A stretch of DNA of 64,000 nt, taken from positions 69,495 through 133,494 of the forward strand of contig JAHBVR010000002.1 of NCBI GenBank assembly GCA_019637395.1. The letters are read 5' to 3'. Below are positions 1 to 8,661 of the stretch, in pieces. The translations under genes were made by a program, and so were the position numbers. Position 1 is the stretch's first letter; the number at the start of each line of letters is the position of its first letter. Under the pieces are notes generated by a model. The model worked only from the letters and a program-made list of their open reading frames with translations. It was not told where the DNA came from and ran no database searches. This DNA comes from Vulcanimicrobiota bacterium. GTDB taxonomy: Bacteria; Vulcanimicrobiota; Xenobia; Xenobiales; JADMJV01.

Positions 1-716
1 TAGCCGTGGGCCAGCCAGCGCCGGATAAGAGGCTGCAGACGCTGTTCCTGGGCGCGGTCGTGAAGTTGCTCAGGATTCAGTCCTAATTCCTGAAGTTCCT
101 GAGCCGGTAAATAACAGCGGCCCTCACGCAGGTCGCCGCTGATATCGCGGAGCACGTTGGTGAGTTGCAGAGCGTTGCCCAATCGGGTCCCGAGTTCTTC
201 CAGTTGAGGGGAGGCCTGAGCCAGCCGCGGTTCGTGCAGGCGCATGACGGCTGTCCAGAAGGCCCCCACGCAGCCGGCCGCCGCCCACAGGTGGCGGCGC
301 AGTTCCTGAGCATCCAGCACGGCGCCGGGAAAGCGCTCGAGGTCGACCAGCATTCCCTGGGACAGGGTGGTCACGATGTCGCGAATCAAACGCTGATCGG
401 CTGCCGGCAGAACATTCAACTCTTCCAGGGCGACGGGAAGGTGATGAAGCAGGGCTGCCTCTCCACCCTGGGAGGGATCCACGGCGGCCACGCGAGCGCG
501 CCACGGGTCCGGGCTGGCGCCGTTCAGGCATTCCAGAAATATGCGCAAAGTAGCCTCGCGCTCGCCGGCGTCCAGCCATTGGCCGTCGCTGATGCTATCG
601 GCGCAACGCGCCAGCAGATAGGCCAGCGACATGGTCTGGCGAGCGCCCGGCGGTAAGACGCGCAAACTTAGATAGAAGGCTCGGGAGGTGGCCTTGAGGA
701 GTTGCTGGGAGTTCAT
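1..716 (-). CDS. Squalene/phytoene synthase family protein (HpnC/HpnD-like head-to-head prenyl synthase), N-terminal part; C-terminus beyond window edge
   Basis: Reverse-strand translation from ATG (rc of 714-716) gives MNSQQLLKATSRAFYLSLRVLPPGARQTMSLAYLLARCADSISDG..., the conserved FYLS..R.LP / AYLLAR.AD.I.D N-terminal motifs of squalene/phytoene synthases. Not in the ORF track because no stop lies inside the window. Confidence 0.6.
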   Translation of the reverse strand, partial: MNSQQLLKATSRAFYLSLRVLPPGARQTMSLAYLLARCADSISDGQWLDAGEREATLRIFLECLNGASPDPWRARVAAVDPSQGGEAALLHHLPVALEELNVLPAADQRLIRDIVTTLSQGMLVDLERFPGAVLDAQELRRHLWAAAGCVGAFWTAVMRLHEPRLAQASPQLEELGTRLGNALQLTNVLRDISGDLREGRCYLPAQELQELGLNPEQLHDRAQEQRLQPLIRRWLAHG

Positions 717-2242
717 TTGAGCAGGGGTTGGACTTTTTGCCATTCCCCTTGTTTGAACTGCTCGCATAGTTGCAGGGCGGTGCGTCCCTGGTTGTCCAAG
801 AGTTCCTTGTGGGCACCGGCCTTGAGCAGTCTTTCCACAATGGCCGCTCGACCGGCCGCGGCCGCCCGGTGCAGGGGCGTTTGACCGTTGCCATCGGGCG
901 CTTCCAGCGGGGCTCCGGCTTTCAAAAGAGCATCCACCAGGTCGGGCGCACCGTTCTGAGCGCACCAGTGCAGGCTGGTATTCCCCTGTGAATCCTTGAG
1001 CTGAGGATCCGCATTTTTGGCCAGCAGCGCCGTGAGCACGGGCGACGACGAGTATTTGCCGGCCTCCACCAGGGGAAAACTGCCGTTGCTCAGGCTCTGA
1101 TTGGGATTGGCGCCTTTGTTGAGGAGAGCCACGGCGATTTTCTCCCATTCGCCGTCACGTCCCCGCAGACACACATCCAGCGGTGTGGGCGAACCGCCGT
1201 CGGGCAGAGCTCCGGCGCCCAAAAGTTTCTCGGCATTGGCCGCCCGGCCACTGGCCGCGGCCATAGCCAGGGGGGTGGCGCCGCTTTGATCCTGAGCTTC
1301 GATGGCGGCCCCGGCCGCCAGCAATTGCGTGACCACCTCCAGGGAACTGGTGCGGGCTGCCCAATGCAGGGCCGTCCGCCCCAGGCTGTCCGTTGAGTGG
1401 ACGTCCGCTCCTTTGGAGAGGAGCAGGGCCACGGTTTCCTGGGCGTTCTTTTCCTTGGCGCCGTTGCGGCAGGCCGCCTGCAGGGGATAACCGCGACCGC
1501 GTGCGGCCAGATTCACATCGGCTCCGTGACGGACGAGCGAGGCGGCGACTTTGTTCCACTCGCCGTGTTGACCTTGCAAACACAGGTAGAGAGCGGACTT
1601 ACCCGAGCCATCCGGCAGATCGACCGGCTGGTTTCCCAGCAAAAGCCGATCCACGGCGGCGGCTTTGCCGGCCATGGCGGCCATGTGCAGAGGGGTCCGG
1701 CCATAGGCGTCGGTGGCTTCCAGGGGAGCTTTGGCCGCCAACAGCCGGTTGATGATCTCGAGGTTGCCGCTGTGGGCGGCCCAGTGGAGCGGAGTGCGGC
1801 CGCCGCCATCGCGCAGCAGCGGGTCGGCGCCATGATCGAGCAGGGAGCTGGCGATCTCCAGGCTGCCGTTCTCGGCGGCCGCATGCAGCGGGCGCGTGCC
1901 GCGGGCCGTGCCCAGGTTCACGTCGGCTCCGCGCTCGATGAGCAGGTTGACCAGGTCGGGGCGCTTCATGTAGGCGGCTTTGTAGAGGGCTCCGTAGCCG
2001 CGCTTGTCTTGCGCTTTGGACAGAGTTGGATATTGGTCGAGCAACTGGCGGACGACCTGAGGGCGATGATCCCCGATGGCGCGGAAGAGTTGCTCCAGGT
2101 CCTGGGCAGGAGCGGCCCAGGAAAGCGCCAAAACCACCACGGCGGCGGCGCTCAGGCTGGAAGGCTTATGGCGAAACACGCACGCCAGTTTCGCCTCCAG
2201 GGGAGGCGGTCCTGCGGAGAGGAAATTCGTGGCTTCATCCAA
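713..2242 (-). CDS. Ankyrin-repeat protein (about 12 ANK repeats), probably Sec-exported. An in-frame GTG at 2179 gives MFRHKPSSLSAAAVVVLALSWAAPAQD, which looks like a signal peptide.
   Basis: Repeated G.TPLH.AA..G......LL..GA..N motifs throughout the 509-aa ORF. The TGA stop overlaps the downstream ATG (ATGA at 713-716). Confidence 0.8.
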   Translation of the reverse strand: MDEATNFLSAGPPPLEAKLACVFRHKPSSLSAAAVVVLALSWAAPAQDLEQLFRAIGDHRPQVVRQLLDQYPTLSKAQDKRGYGALYKAAYMKRPDLVNLLIERGADVNLGTARGTRPLHAAAENGSLEIASSLLDHGADPLLRDGGGRTPLHWAAHSGNLEIINRLLAAKAPLEATDAYGRTPLHMAAMAGKAAAVDRLLLGNQPVDLPDGSGKSALYLCLQGQHGEWNKVAASLVRHGADVNLAARGRGYPLQAACRNGAKEKNAQETVALLLSKGADVHSTDSLGRTALHWAARTSSLEVVTQLLAAGAAIEAQDQSGATPLAMAAASGRAANAEKLLGAGALPDGGSPTPLDVCLRGRDGEWEKIAVALLNKGANPNQSLSNGSFPLVEAGKYSSSPVLTALLAKNADPQLKDSQGNTSLHWCAQNGAPDLVDALLKAGAPLEAPDGNGQTPLHRAAAAGRAAIVERLLKAGAHKELLDNQGRTALQLCEQFKQGEWQKVQPLLK

Positions 2243-3116
2243 TCGCCTTTGGCTGCTGGCGATCCCGTTCTTGACCCTGTTCTTTATTGCAGGCGTCTAT
2301 GTCTCTTCTCCCCGCAAACGGCCGGTGGCCGCCATTACCGGCTCCGCCACACCGGCTGAATTTACCGCGGCCCACAAGCCGACGGTGGCCGAGTCGCGCA
2401 AAACACCCACCCCCCGGCCGGCGCTACCGGACTTGCCCGAACCGCCCGGGCCGGGACCCGCTCCAGCCGCCCCGGCCGGGGGCACCAGCTACTGGGTTTT
2501 TCAGGATAATGCGCCGCTCTATGCAGCCAAGGGGCTGAATCAGGCTGTCCTCGACCATCTGGCCTGCTCCACTCCTCTCAACCTCTTGCGCGAGGAAGAC
2601 GACTGGGTGGAGGTTCAGGTTCTGGGGGGCAATTCGGGTTGGATGAAGCGCTCCCAGGTGGACGACCATCCCCCGCCCGGGGCGCCGGGTCCACGTCCCG
2701 GCGATGCTTTGCTTTCCTTGCAGGCCTTCTTTCAATTTTTGAATCAACGGAACTACGCCCGGGCCTACGATCACCTGTCTTTCGATTTTAAACGTGACCT
2801 TCCATATGTTCGCTTCGCTCGAGGCTATTCCACTCTGGACCAGGTTTTTATGCGGGTGGTGCGGGTCCAGACCCTCAGTCCTCAATCCCAGTTGTTCTAT
2901 CTGGAAATGCTTTGTGAAGAACGTCCCAAGCCGAAAACCTATCAGGGCGAATACACCATGGTCTTAGAACAGAATCATTGGTATATCGCTCAGGCCACCA
3001 TGAAAGAGGTCAACCCCAAGAGCCTGGAGCCGTTTCAATTGCCGGCCAACACTTCCCCCAAACCAGCTTTCGCCGATCCCACCCCTCAGCCGGAAGAAGA
3101 CGAATTCGGCGAATAA
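2229..3116 (+). CDS. Hypothetical membrane-anchored protein with a bacterial SH3-like domain
   Basis: The ORF-track start at 2076 overlaps the divergent ankyrin gene; an in-frame GTG at 2229 gives the N-terminal TM helix (LWLLAIPFLTLFFIAGVYV). A Pro-rich linker is followed by YWVFQDNAPLY...DWVEVQVLGG..GWMKRSQV (SH3b-like). Confidence 0.5.
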   Translation: MASSNRLWLLAIPFLTLFFIAGVYVSSPRKRPVAAITGSATPAEFTAAHKPTVAESRKTPTPRPALPDLPEPPGPGPAPAAPAGGTSYWVFQDNAPLYAAKGLNQAVLDHLACSTPLNLLREEDDWVEVQVLGGNSGWMKRSQVDDHPPPGAPGPRPGDALLSLQAFFQFLNQRNYARAYDHLSFDFKRDLPYVRFARGYSTLDQVFMRVVRVQTLSPQSQLFYLEMLCEERPKPKTYQGEYTMVLEQNHWYIAQATMKEVNPKSLEPFQLPANTSPKPAFADPTPQPEEDEFGE

Positions 3117-3177
3117 ACAGGTTCTGGCGCTGGCTCCGCAGAACCCAATGGGTAGAAACTTACAGGAGGTCCCGGTT

Positions 3178-3765
3178 GTGGCTAAACCTCGGAAAGCCAT
3201 CGAAGCTCGGTTTCGACGCGGCAGCAATTTTCTCATCCTGATCGGCCTGCTTTCAGCGCTCTGCAATAGTCTGCTCTATTTCGGTTTCACCTGGAAGCCC
3301 GTGACTATCTTCTGTCTGGCCATTCCAGTGGTATTGGATACGGTGGTGCGCGTAGTCGATCCCCGTCTGTGGGGCCAGGAGCTACATTATTACTGCTATA
3401 TTTTTGGCCTGATTCTCTCCGGTCTCTTCGTCTTGTTGGGCATGGCCTCCAAGTTCACTTCGCACACGGGCACTTTTTTCAAGCTCGGTTCTTTCATGCA
3501 CGGCTTGAAACGGTTGGGCAGCTGGGCCGGCGGAGCGCAATTGATGGGGTCTCGCCTCTTTTATTTCGTCGGTATCGTGCTCTATATTCTCGATGGTGTG
3601 CTGGCGCTGGTGATGGAAAATTTCCTGCGCGCCAATTTCGACCAGTTGCGTATCATGGTTTTGATGAACCTGGGCTTTCACTGTTTCGTGCTGGTGTTTT
3701 TGCTACACGGCTTCGTGGCCGGATTGGAATCTGAGGCGGCCGCCAGTCCGCCCGCCAATGCTTGA
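3178..3765 (+). CDS. Hypothetical polytopic membrane protein
   Basis: AGGAGG at 3164-3169 lies 8 nt before the in-frame GTG at 3178. At least five hydrophobic helices; no recognisable motif. Confidence 0.5.
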   Translation: MAKPRKAIEARFRRGSNFLILIGLLSALCNSLLYFGFTWKPVTIFCLAIPVVLDTVVRVVDPRLWGQELHYYCYIFGLILSGLFVLLGMASKFTSHTGTFFKLGSFMHGLKRLGSWAGGAQLMGSRLFYFVGIVLYILDGVLALVMENFLRANFDQLRIMVLMNLGFHCFVLVFLLHGFVAGLESEAAASPPANA

Positions 3766-5560
3766 TTCCGATACGCTCCCGGTAGACCACGCCGGAAACA
3801 GCGAGAAGGGGGGCAAGTCGAAGGGCCTGCCTGTCTGGTTGGTCGGGATGGTGGCTCCACCGGTCGTGGTCACCGCCGGGGCCTATTTTCAATCCCACGG
3901 GGACAGCCATAGAACGCTGATCGGCCTGGCCGCGGGCGTTGGGCTCTCGATTGCCTGGGTCGGCTGGCTGGCTCTGCGAGATGCGCGCCGCGTCAGCACG
4001 GCTCGTCGGGTGCAGGATCAGATCGAAGACGCCTGGACGGCTCATGCCAAGGGAGAGTCCCAGCGGGCCGAGGAGCTGCTCAAAGACTGCGTCAAGCTGG
4101 CCGGCGCGCGGTTGGGTCGCTATGACCTGGTGACGCTGGCCTGTCTGCACACGCTGGGAAATCTTTACCGACTGCGCGAGGACCATGCCGGGGCCAATTC
4201 TTGCTACGAGCAGGCCCTGCCCATTTATCAGAAGACTCTGCCCCGCCTGCACCCGGCACGCGCTTCTTTTCATACCCATCGAGCCCTGACCTATATCACC
4301 ATGGACAATCTGGACAAGGCTCTGGAGGAAGCTCGGGAATCGGTGGCCCTGTATCGCGAAATGGGCGGCCAGGACTTTGGACTGGCCGAAGCCTGCTCGC
4401 TGGTTGGGAGACTGGCCAACCAGCGCGACGACAATGAACTGGCGCTCAAGTCCTACTCAGAAGCGCTGGAGCTGGTGCGTAAACGACTTCCCATTCAGGA
4501 TCCGCGAGTGCTCACCGCTATGGGCAATCTGTGCCGCATTTACGTCAAGCTGCGCATGTTCCAGGAATCGGAGAAATACCTGGTGGAGCTGGTGCATGAA
4601 CATCGCGCCCAGCCTGACTTGCAGCCGGAGAATTTTCTGGATGCGTTGCTGGATCTGGCCTGGACGCGCCTGGAACAAGGACGCAGCGAGGAATGCGAGC
4701 CGCTCTTGGTAGAGGCCCTGGAGATCTTGCAGAACCGGGTGGGTCCGCGCGAGCGCCCTCTGCAGAAAGTCCTGGACGCTTACCGGCGTATCACCAAAGA
4801 TTCGGTGGCGGCGGCGGCCACCACCCACGGGCTGGTTAATTTGATGCTGGTGTTCTGCGGCGAGCGCGAGAAGCTGCGCCAGACGCTGGAGAAGTTTCCC
4901 CTGTGGATGAATGCGCGCGACGCCACCGGCTGGGGACCCTTGCACTGGGCGGCTTTTGTGGGCCGAGACGATATCGTGCGCTGGCTGCTGCAAAAAGGAG
5001 CCGAGATCAGCCGCCCCGAGGACCGGGTCAGTCCGCTGCATGTGGCCGCCGCCTGGGGCAAGCGCGAGTCCTTGCTCGAGTTGCTCGATGCCGGAGGCGA
5101 CTTCAACGCCCGTGATCCGCGCGGCTGGACGCCGGTTTTCTGGTGTTCTTTCTCGGGCCGCACCAAGATACTGGAGACCATCATCAAGCGCGGAGCCGAC
5201 GTCAATCTGCGCGACGATCACGGCCGCACACCCCTGCACATTGCCGCCGAGCAAGGTCATTTGAGCACGGTGGCGGCACTGGTGGGCAGCGGGGCCCGTC
5301 TGAGCGCCAAGGAGTCCGAGTGCGGCCGCAGCCCGCTGCATCTGGCCGCTCGGCGCGGCAATCTGGCTGTCTGTGAGTGCCTGGTCTACAACCAGGGAGA
5401 CCTGGGAGCTCGCGATGAGAGCGGCAAGAATCCTGTCGATCTGGCCCGCGAGGGCCAGCATCGCCTGCTCCATCGAGTGCTGCGCCGCCTGACCCGGGCC
5501 GGCCTGGGCCGCTCTCAGCTGGGAGCAGGTCCGCGCCGCGTTTCTTTGGATGCGCCTTAG
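3758..5560 (+). CDS. Membrane-anchored TPR plus ankyrin-repeat protein
   Basis: Two N-terminal TM helices, central TPR-like helical repeats (LGNLYRLREDHAGANSCYEQALPIYQK and similar), and four or five C-terminal ANK repeats (GWTPVFW..., GRTPLHIAAEQGH..., GRSPLHLAARRGN...). Confidence 0.75.
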   Translation: MLDSDTLPVDHAGNSEKGGKSKGLPVWLVGMVAPPVVVTAGAYFQSHGDSHRTLIGLAAGVGLSIAWVGWLALRDARRVSTARRVQDQIEDAWTAHAKGESQRAEELLKDCVKLAGARLGRYDLVTLACLHTLGNLYRLREDHAGANSCYEQALPIYQKTLPRLHPARASFHTHRALTYITMDNLDKALEEARESVALYREMGGQDFGLAEACSLVGRLANQRDDNELALKSYSEALELVRKRLPIQDPRVLTAMGNLCRIYVKLRMFQESEKYLVELVHEHRAQPDLQPENFLDALLDLAWTRLEQGRSEECEPLLVEALEILQNRVGPRERPLQKVLDAYRRITKDSVAAAATTHGLVNLMLVFCGEREKLRQTLEKFPLWMNARDATGWGPLHWAAFVGRDDIVRWLLQKGAEISRPEDRVSPLHVAAAWGKRESLLELLDAGGDFNARDPRGWTPVFWCSFSGRTKILETIIKRGADVNLRDDHGRTPLHIAAEQGHLSTVAALVGSGARLSAKESECGRSPLHLAARRGNLAVCECLVYNQGDLGARDESGKNPVDLAREGQHRLLHRVLRRLTRAGLGRSQLGAGPRRVSLDAP

Positions 5561-6152
5561 ACTCTTCCTCGTCCTGTTCGGCTTATGGCTGTGCCAATGG
5601 GCTTACCTGGCCGTGGTGGGGCTGCCCAGCGGTTTGTGGGACATCAGTTACACTCACGCGGAGAAGTCGCTGGGACCGCGCCCTCCCTATCCGCCGGCCA
5701 GTTTAGACGCCTATCGCGAGGCCGCGCGGCGCGCCGAGCAGTTGACTCCCGAGGATGGCCGCCTGGGGCGCACCTATCACGACCTGGGCACCTTGCTCTG
5801 GTTCATGGGACGCAACAACGAGGCGCGCCTCTACTTGACGCGAGCCTTGCGCATCTTTGAACGAGTGGACGGCACCCGGTCCACCTGGGTGGGTATTACT
5901 CGCGCCCGTCTGGGGGAAATGGATTTGCGTTCCGGCAAGTTGGGCGAAGCGGTCTTCAACCTGCAAAGGGCCGATGCCATCCTTGTGCGAACGGTGGGCA
6001 GGCTCGATCCAGTGGCCCTGCGCGTCGCTTCTCTGGTGGCATCGCAGACCCACGATCGGGCCCGGGCGAAGGAAGTATTGGACGCGTATCAACTGGCTGG
6101 TGTGATGCCCGACCCGCTCCTTCGCATGCAGCTTGAGCAATTGATTCGCTGA
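5550..6152 (+). CDS. Hypothetical secreted TPR-like protein
   Basis: Hydrophobic N-terminus (LFLVLFGLWLCQWAYLAVVG) followed by TPR-like helices. The start overlaps the upstream gene by 11 bp. Confidence 0.45.
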   Translation: MRLRLFLVLFGLWLCQWAYLAVVGLPSGLWDISYTHAEKSLGPRPPYPPASLDAYREAARRAEQLTPEDGRLGRTYHDLGTLLWFMGRNNEARLYLTRALRIFERVDGTRSTWVGITRARLGEMDLRSGKLGEAVFNLQRADAILVRTVGRLDPVALRVASLVASQTHDRARAKEVLDAYQLAGVMPDPLLRMQLEQLIR

Positions 6153-6165
6153 AGGGTCGTGGACA

Positions 6166-8661
6166 TTGCAGGTCATCCTCCAGGCACCGTTGACGGGTTG
6201 GGCTTTGCCCTTGAGCGAGGTTCCTGATCCAGTTTTTTCTCAAGGCTTGGCCGGGCCCGGTTACGCCATCGACCCCACCGTGTCGGTGCTCAAGGCGCCG
6301 TGCGCTGGAGAGGTGGTGCAACTGCACCGCTGTCTGCATGCACTGACGGTACGGCGCGGCGATGGCCTGGAAGTGCTCATGCACGTCGGCATCGACACCG
6401 TCAAGCTGAATGGCCAGGGTTTCAAGCCGCGCGTCAAAGTCGGTGATAGGGTGGAAGCCGGCGCGCCCCTGCTGGAGTTCGATAGCGACCTGATCGCCAC
6501 CCGCTGCCGTAGTCTCATCACCGTGGTGGTGATTCCCGAGAATCCGGCCGTCACGGGCGTGGACGCCAGCCAGGGCAAGGTCCTCCAGGGGAGCGATTGG
6601 CTGAAGGTCGAGGTCAAGCAGCCGGACCTGGCGGCTCCTCTTTACAACGCCGCCGAGGATACGGGGAAAATGCCGGCCGAGAAGATTGGACGCTGGCTGG
6701 AGTTGCCTAATCCCAGCGGCATGCACGCCCGCCCGGCCGCCCGGCTGCTGATCCTGGTCAAAGACTTGCCGGGCAATATCTACTTGGAGAAGCGCTCCGG
6801 CCGCGCCTCGGCCCGCAGTCTGGTAGGTATTCTGGGCTTGGGCCTGGGGCCCAAAGAGGAAGTGCGCCTGGTTCACACGCATCTGAGCGAAGAGCAGTTA
6901 TCCAGGCTGGAAGCGGAGATTCTCGGCGGCCTGGGCGATGATCTGGCGGCCGTTCCGGTGGTCAGCGCCGCTCCGGCGCTGACCGAGGCCTTGCCCGGCC
7001 AGTTGCGCGGCGTGGTGGCTTCTCGAGGGCTGGGAATCGGCACCGTCTATCTTTGGAAGCGGGCGACCTTTCACTTGCCCGAGGAAGCTCAGGGCGGCGC
7101 CGCCGAACTGGAAGAGTTCGAGCAGGCCCTGGCGGAGGCGGCCCGGCAAATTTCTGACCTGGAGCGTAAGGCGCCGGTCTCCGAGCGGAGCATTTTTGCG
7201 GCTCACGCGGAGATCTTGCACGATCCGCAGTTGTTGGACGAAACGCGCAAGGCCATCGGCGCCGGCCAACCGGCCGCGCGCGCCTGGCATAACGCCTACG
7301 ACAAGCAGGCCGAGTTGCTGGCGGCGCTTTCCAACCCGCTGCTGGCGGCGCGGGCTAACGATCTGCGTGACGTGGGCGAGCGGGTACTCACCTGTTTGCT
7401 GGGCGAGAGTTCGGCTCAGCGTATCTTTCCCGAGGATTGCATCGTCGTTTGCCGCGACTTGAATCCGAGCGAGACGGTGCAATTGGACCGCCGGCGGGTA
7501 AAGGGTTTGTGTCTTTCTCAAGGAGGGCCGACCAGTCACGTGGCCATTTTGGCGCGCTCGCTGGGGATTCCCTCGTTGTGCGCGCTGGGACCGGCCTGCC
7601 TGGAGCTAAAGGAAGGCGTTCCCGTCGTGCTCGACGCGGAGAACGGAGTCTTACTCTGTGAACCTTCGGAGGCCGAGCTGGACAGTGCTGGGAGGCGTCT
7701 CGAGGCTTTACAGAAACAACAAGAGGCGGAGCGGGCGCTGGCTCATCAGGAAGCGCGCACCGGCGACGGCGCTCACGTGGAAGTGGCCGTCAACATCGGC
7801 AACGGCGAGGATCTGCGCCAGGGGTTGGAACAAGGCGCGGAGGGCGTCGGGCTTTTCCGCACTGAGTTTTACTTCCACGGGTTGGACCAGGAGCCCGGCC
7901 TGGAGCAGCAGGTGCAGTTCTATGGAGAACTGGCCGCTCAACTGGGAACGGAGAAACGGCTGGTGGCCCGCCTGCTCGACGTGGGCGGAGACAAACCGCT
8001 GCCCTATGTGCCCATGGCTCACGAGGAAAATCCCTTCCTGGGCGTGCGCGGCATCCGTCTCTACAAAAAGCGCCCGGAGCTCTTTCGTAACCAGATCCAG
8101 GCACTACTTCAGATTTCGGATCAATGTCGCCTGGCCGTGATGGTGCCCATGATTTCCACACTGGCCGAATGGCGCTCGATCCGGGCCGAGATCGAGCAGC
8201 AGTTGCGGGGCCGCCGGCTGGAGCTGGGGGTGATGATCGAGGTGCCCTCGGCCGCGCTGCTGGCCGATCAACTGGCCCCCGAAGTGGATTTCTTCTCGAT
8301 CGGTACCAATGACCTGACGCAATATACGCTGGCCATCGATCGCGCCCATCCCGACCTGGCCGGTCAGGTGGATGCGCTGCACCCGTCCATTCTGCGCTTG
8401 ATGCACGGAGTGGGGGAGGCGGCCCGTAAGCACGGCAAGTGGGTGGGCGTGTGCGGTGGGGCCGCTCAGGACCTGGAGGCAGTGCCCTTGCTGCTGGGCA
8501 TGAACATTCGCGAGCTGAGCGTCAGCCCGCCGGCTGTGCCTTCGGTGAAAGCCGAAGTGCGCCGCTGGTCGGTGGCCGATTGTGAAACTCTGGTGGGCGC
8601 GGCGCTGGCCCTGGCGGATGCCGAAGCAGTGCGCAAATTGGTGCGGGAGCGGCGCAAATGA
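6166..8661 (+). CDS. PTS multiphosphoryl transfer protein: EIIA(Glc-family)-HPr-Enzyme I fusion
   Basis: N-terminal EIIA-Glc motif (VLMHVGIDTVKLNGQGFKPRVKVGDRV), HPr active-site motif (GMHARPAARL), then an EI PEP-utilising domain (PTSHVAILARSLGIPS and a C-terminal PEP-binding TIM barrel). Architecture resembles Pseudomonas NagF/FruB-type proteins. Confidence 0.85.
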   Translation: MQVILQAPLTGWALPLSEVPDPVFSQGLAGPGYAIDPTVSVLKAPCAGEVVQLHRCLHALTVRRGDGLEVLMHVGIDTVKLNGQGFKPRVKVGDRVEAGAPLLEFDSDLIATRCRSLITVVVIPENPAVTGVDASQGKVLQGSDWLKVEVKQPDLAAPLYNAAEDTGKMPAEKIGRWLELPNPSGMHARPAARLLILVKDLPGNIYLEKRSGRASARSLVGILGLGLGPKEEVRLVHTHLSEEQLSRLEAEILGGLGDDLAAVPVVSAAPALTEALPGQLRGVVASRGLGIGTVYLWKRATFHLPEEAQGGAAELEEFEQALAEAARQISDLERKAPVSERSIFAAHAEILHDPQLLDETRKAIGAGQPAARAWHNAYDKQAELLAALSNPLLAARANDLRDVGERVLTCLLGESSAQRIFPEDCIVVCRDLNPSETVQLDRRRVKGLCLSQGGPTSHVAILARSLGIPSLCALGPACLELKEGVPVVLDAENGVLLCEPSEAELDSAGRRLEALQKQQEAERALAHQEARTGDGAHVEVAVNIGNGEDLRQGLEQGAEGVGLFRTEFYFHGLDQEPGLEQQVQFYGELAAQLGTEKRLVARLLDVGGDKPLPYVPMAHEENPFLGVRGIRLYKKRPELFRNQIQALLQISDQCRLAVMVPMISTLAEWRSIRAEIEQQLRGRRLELGVMIEVPSAALLADQLAPEVDFFSIGTNDLTQYTLAIDRAHPDLAGQVDALHPSILRLMHGVGEAARKHGKWVGVCGGAAQDLEAVPLLLGMNIRELSVSPPAVPSVKAEVRRWSVADCETLVGAALALADAEAVRKLVRERRK

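Noticed and set aside
124-656. ORFs 124-579 (-) and 165-656 (+)
   Set aside because: Both are alternative frames of the squalene/phytoene-synthase-family gene, whose correct frame gives conserved motifs. They are Arg/Pro/Gly-rich high-GC frame artefacts.
1397-2359. 320-aa plus-strand ORF antisense to the ankyrin gene
   Set aside because: It is the opposite strand of a well-supported ankyrin-repeat gene, with Gly/Arg/Ala-rich composition typical of antisense frames in high-GC DNA.
3653-6882. Long minus-strand ORFs 3653-4279, 4457-5473 and 5956-6882
   Set aside because: They are antisense to the TM-TPR-ANK gene, the TPR-like gene and the PTS EI fusion, all of which have strong motif support.
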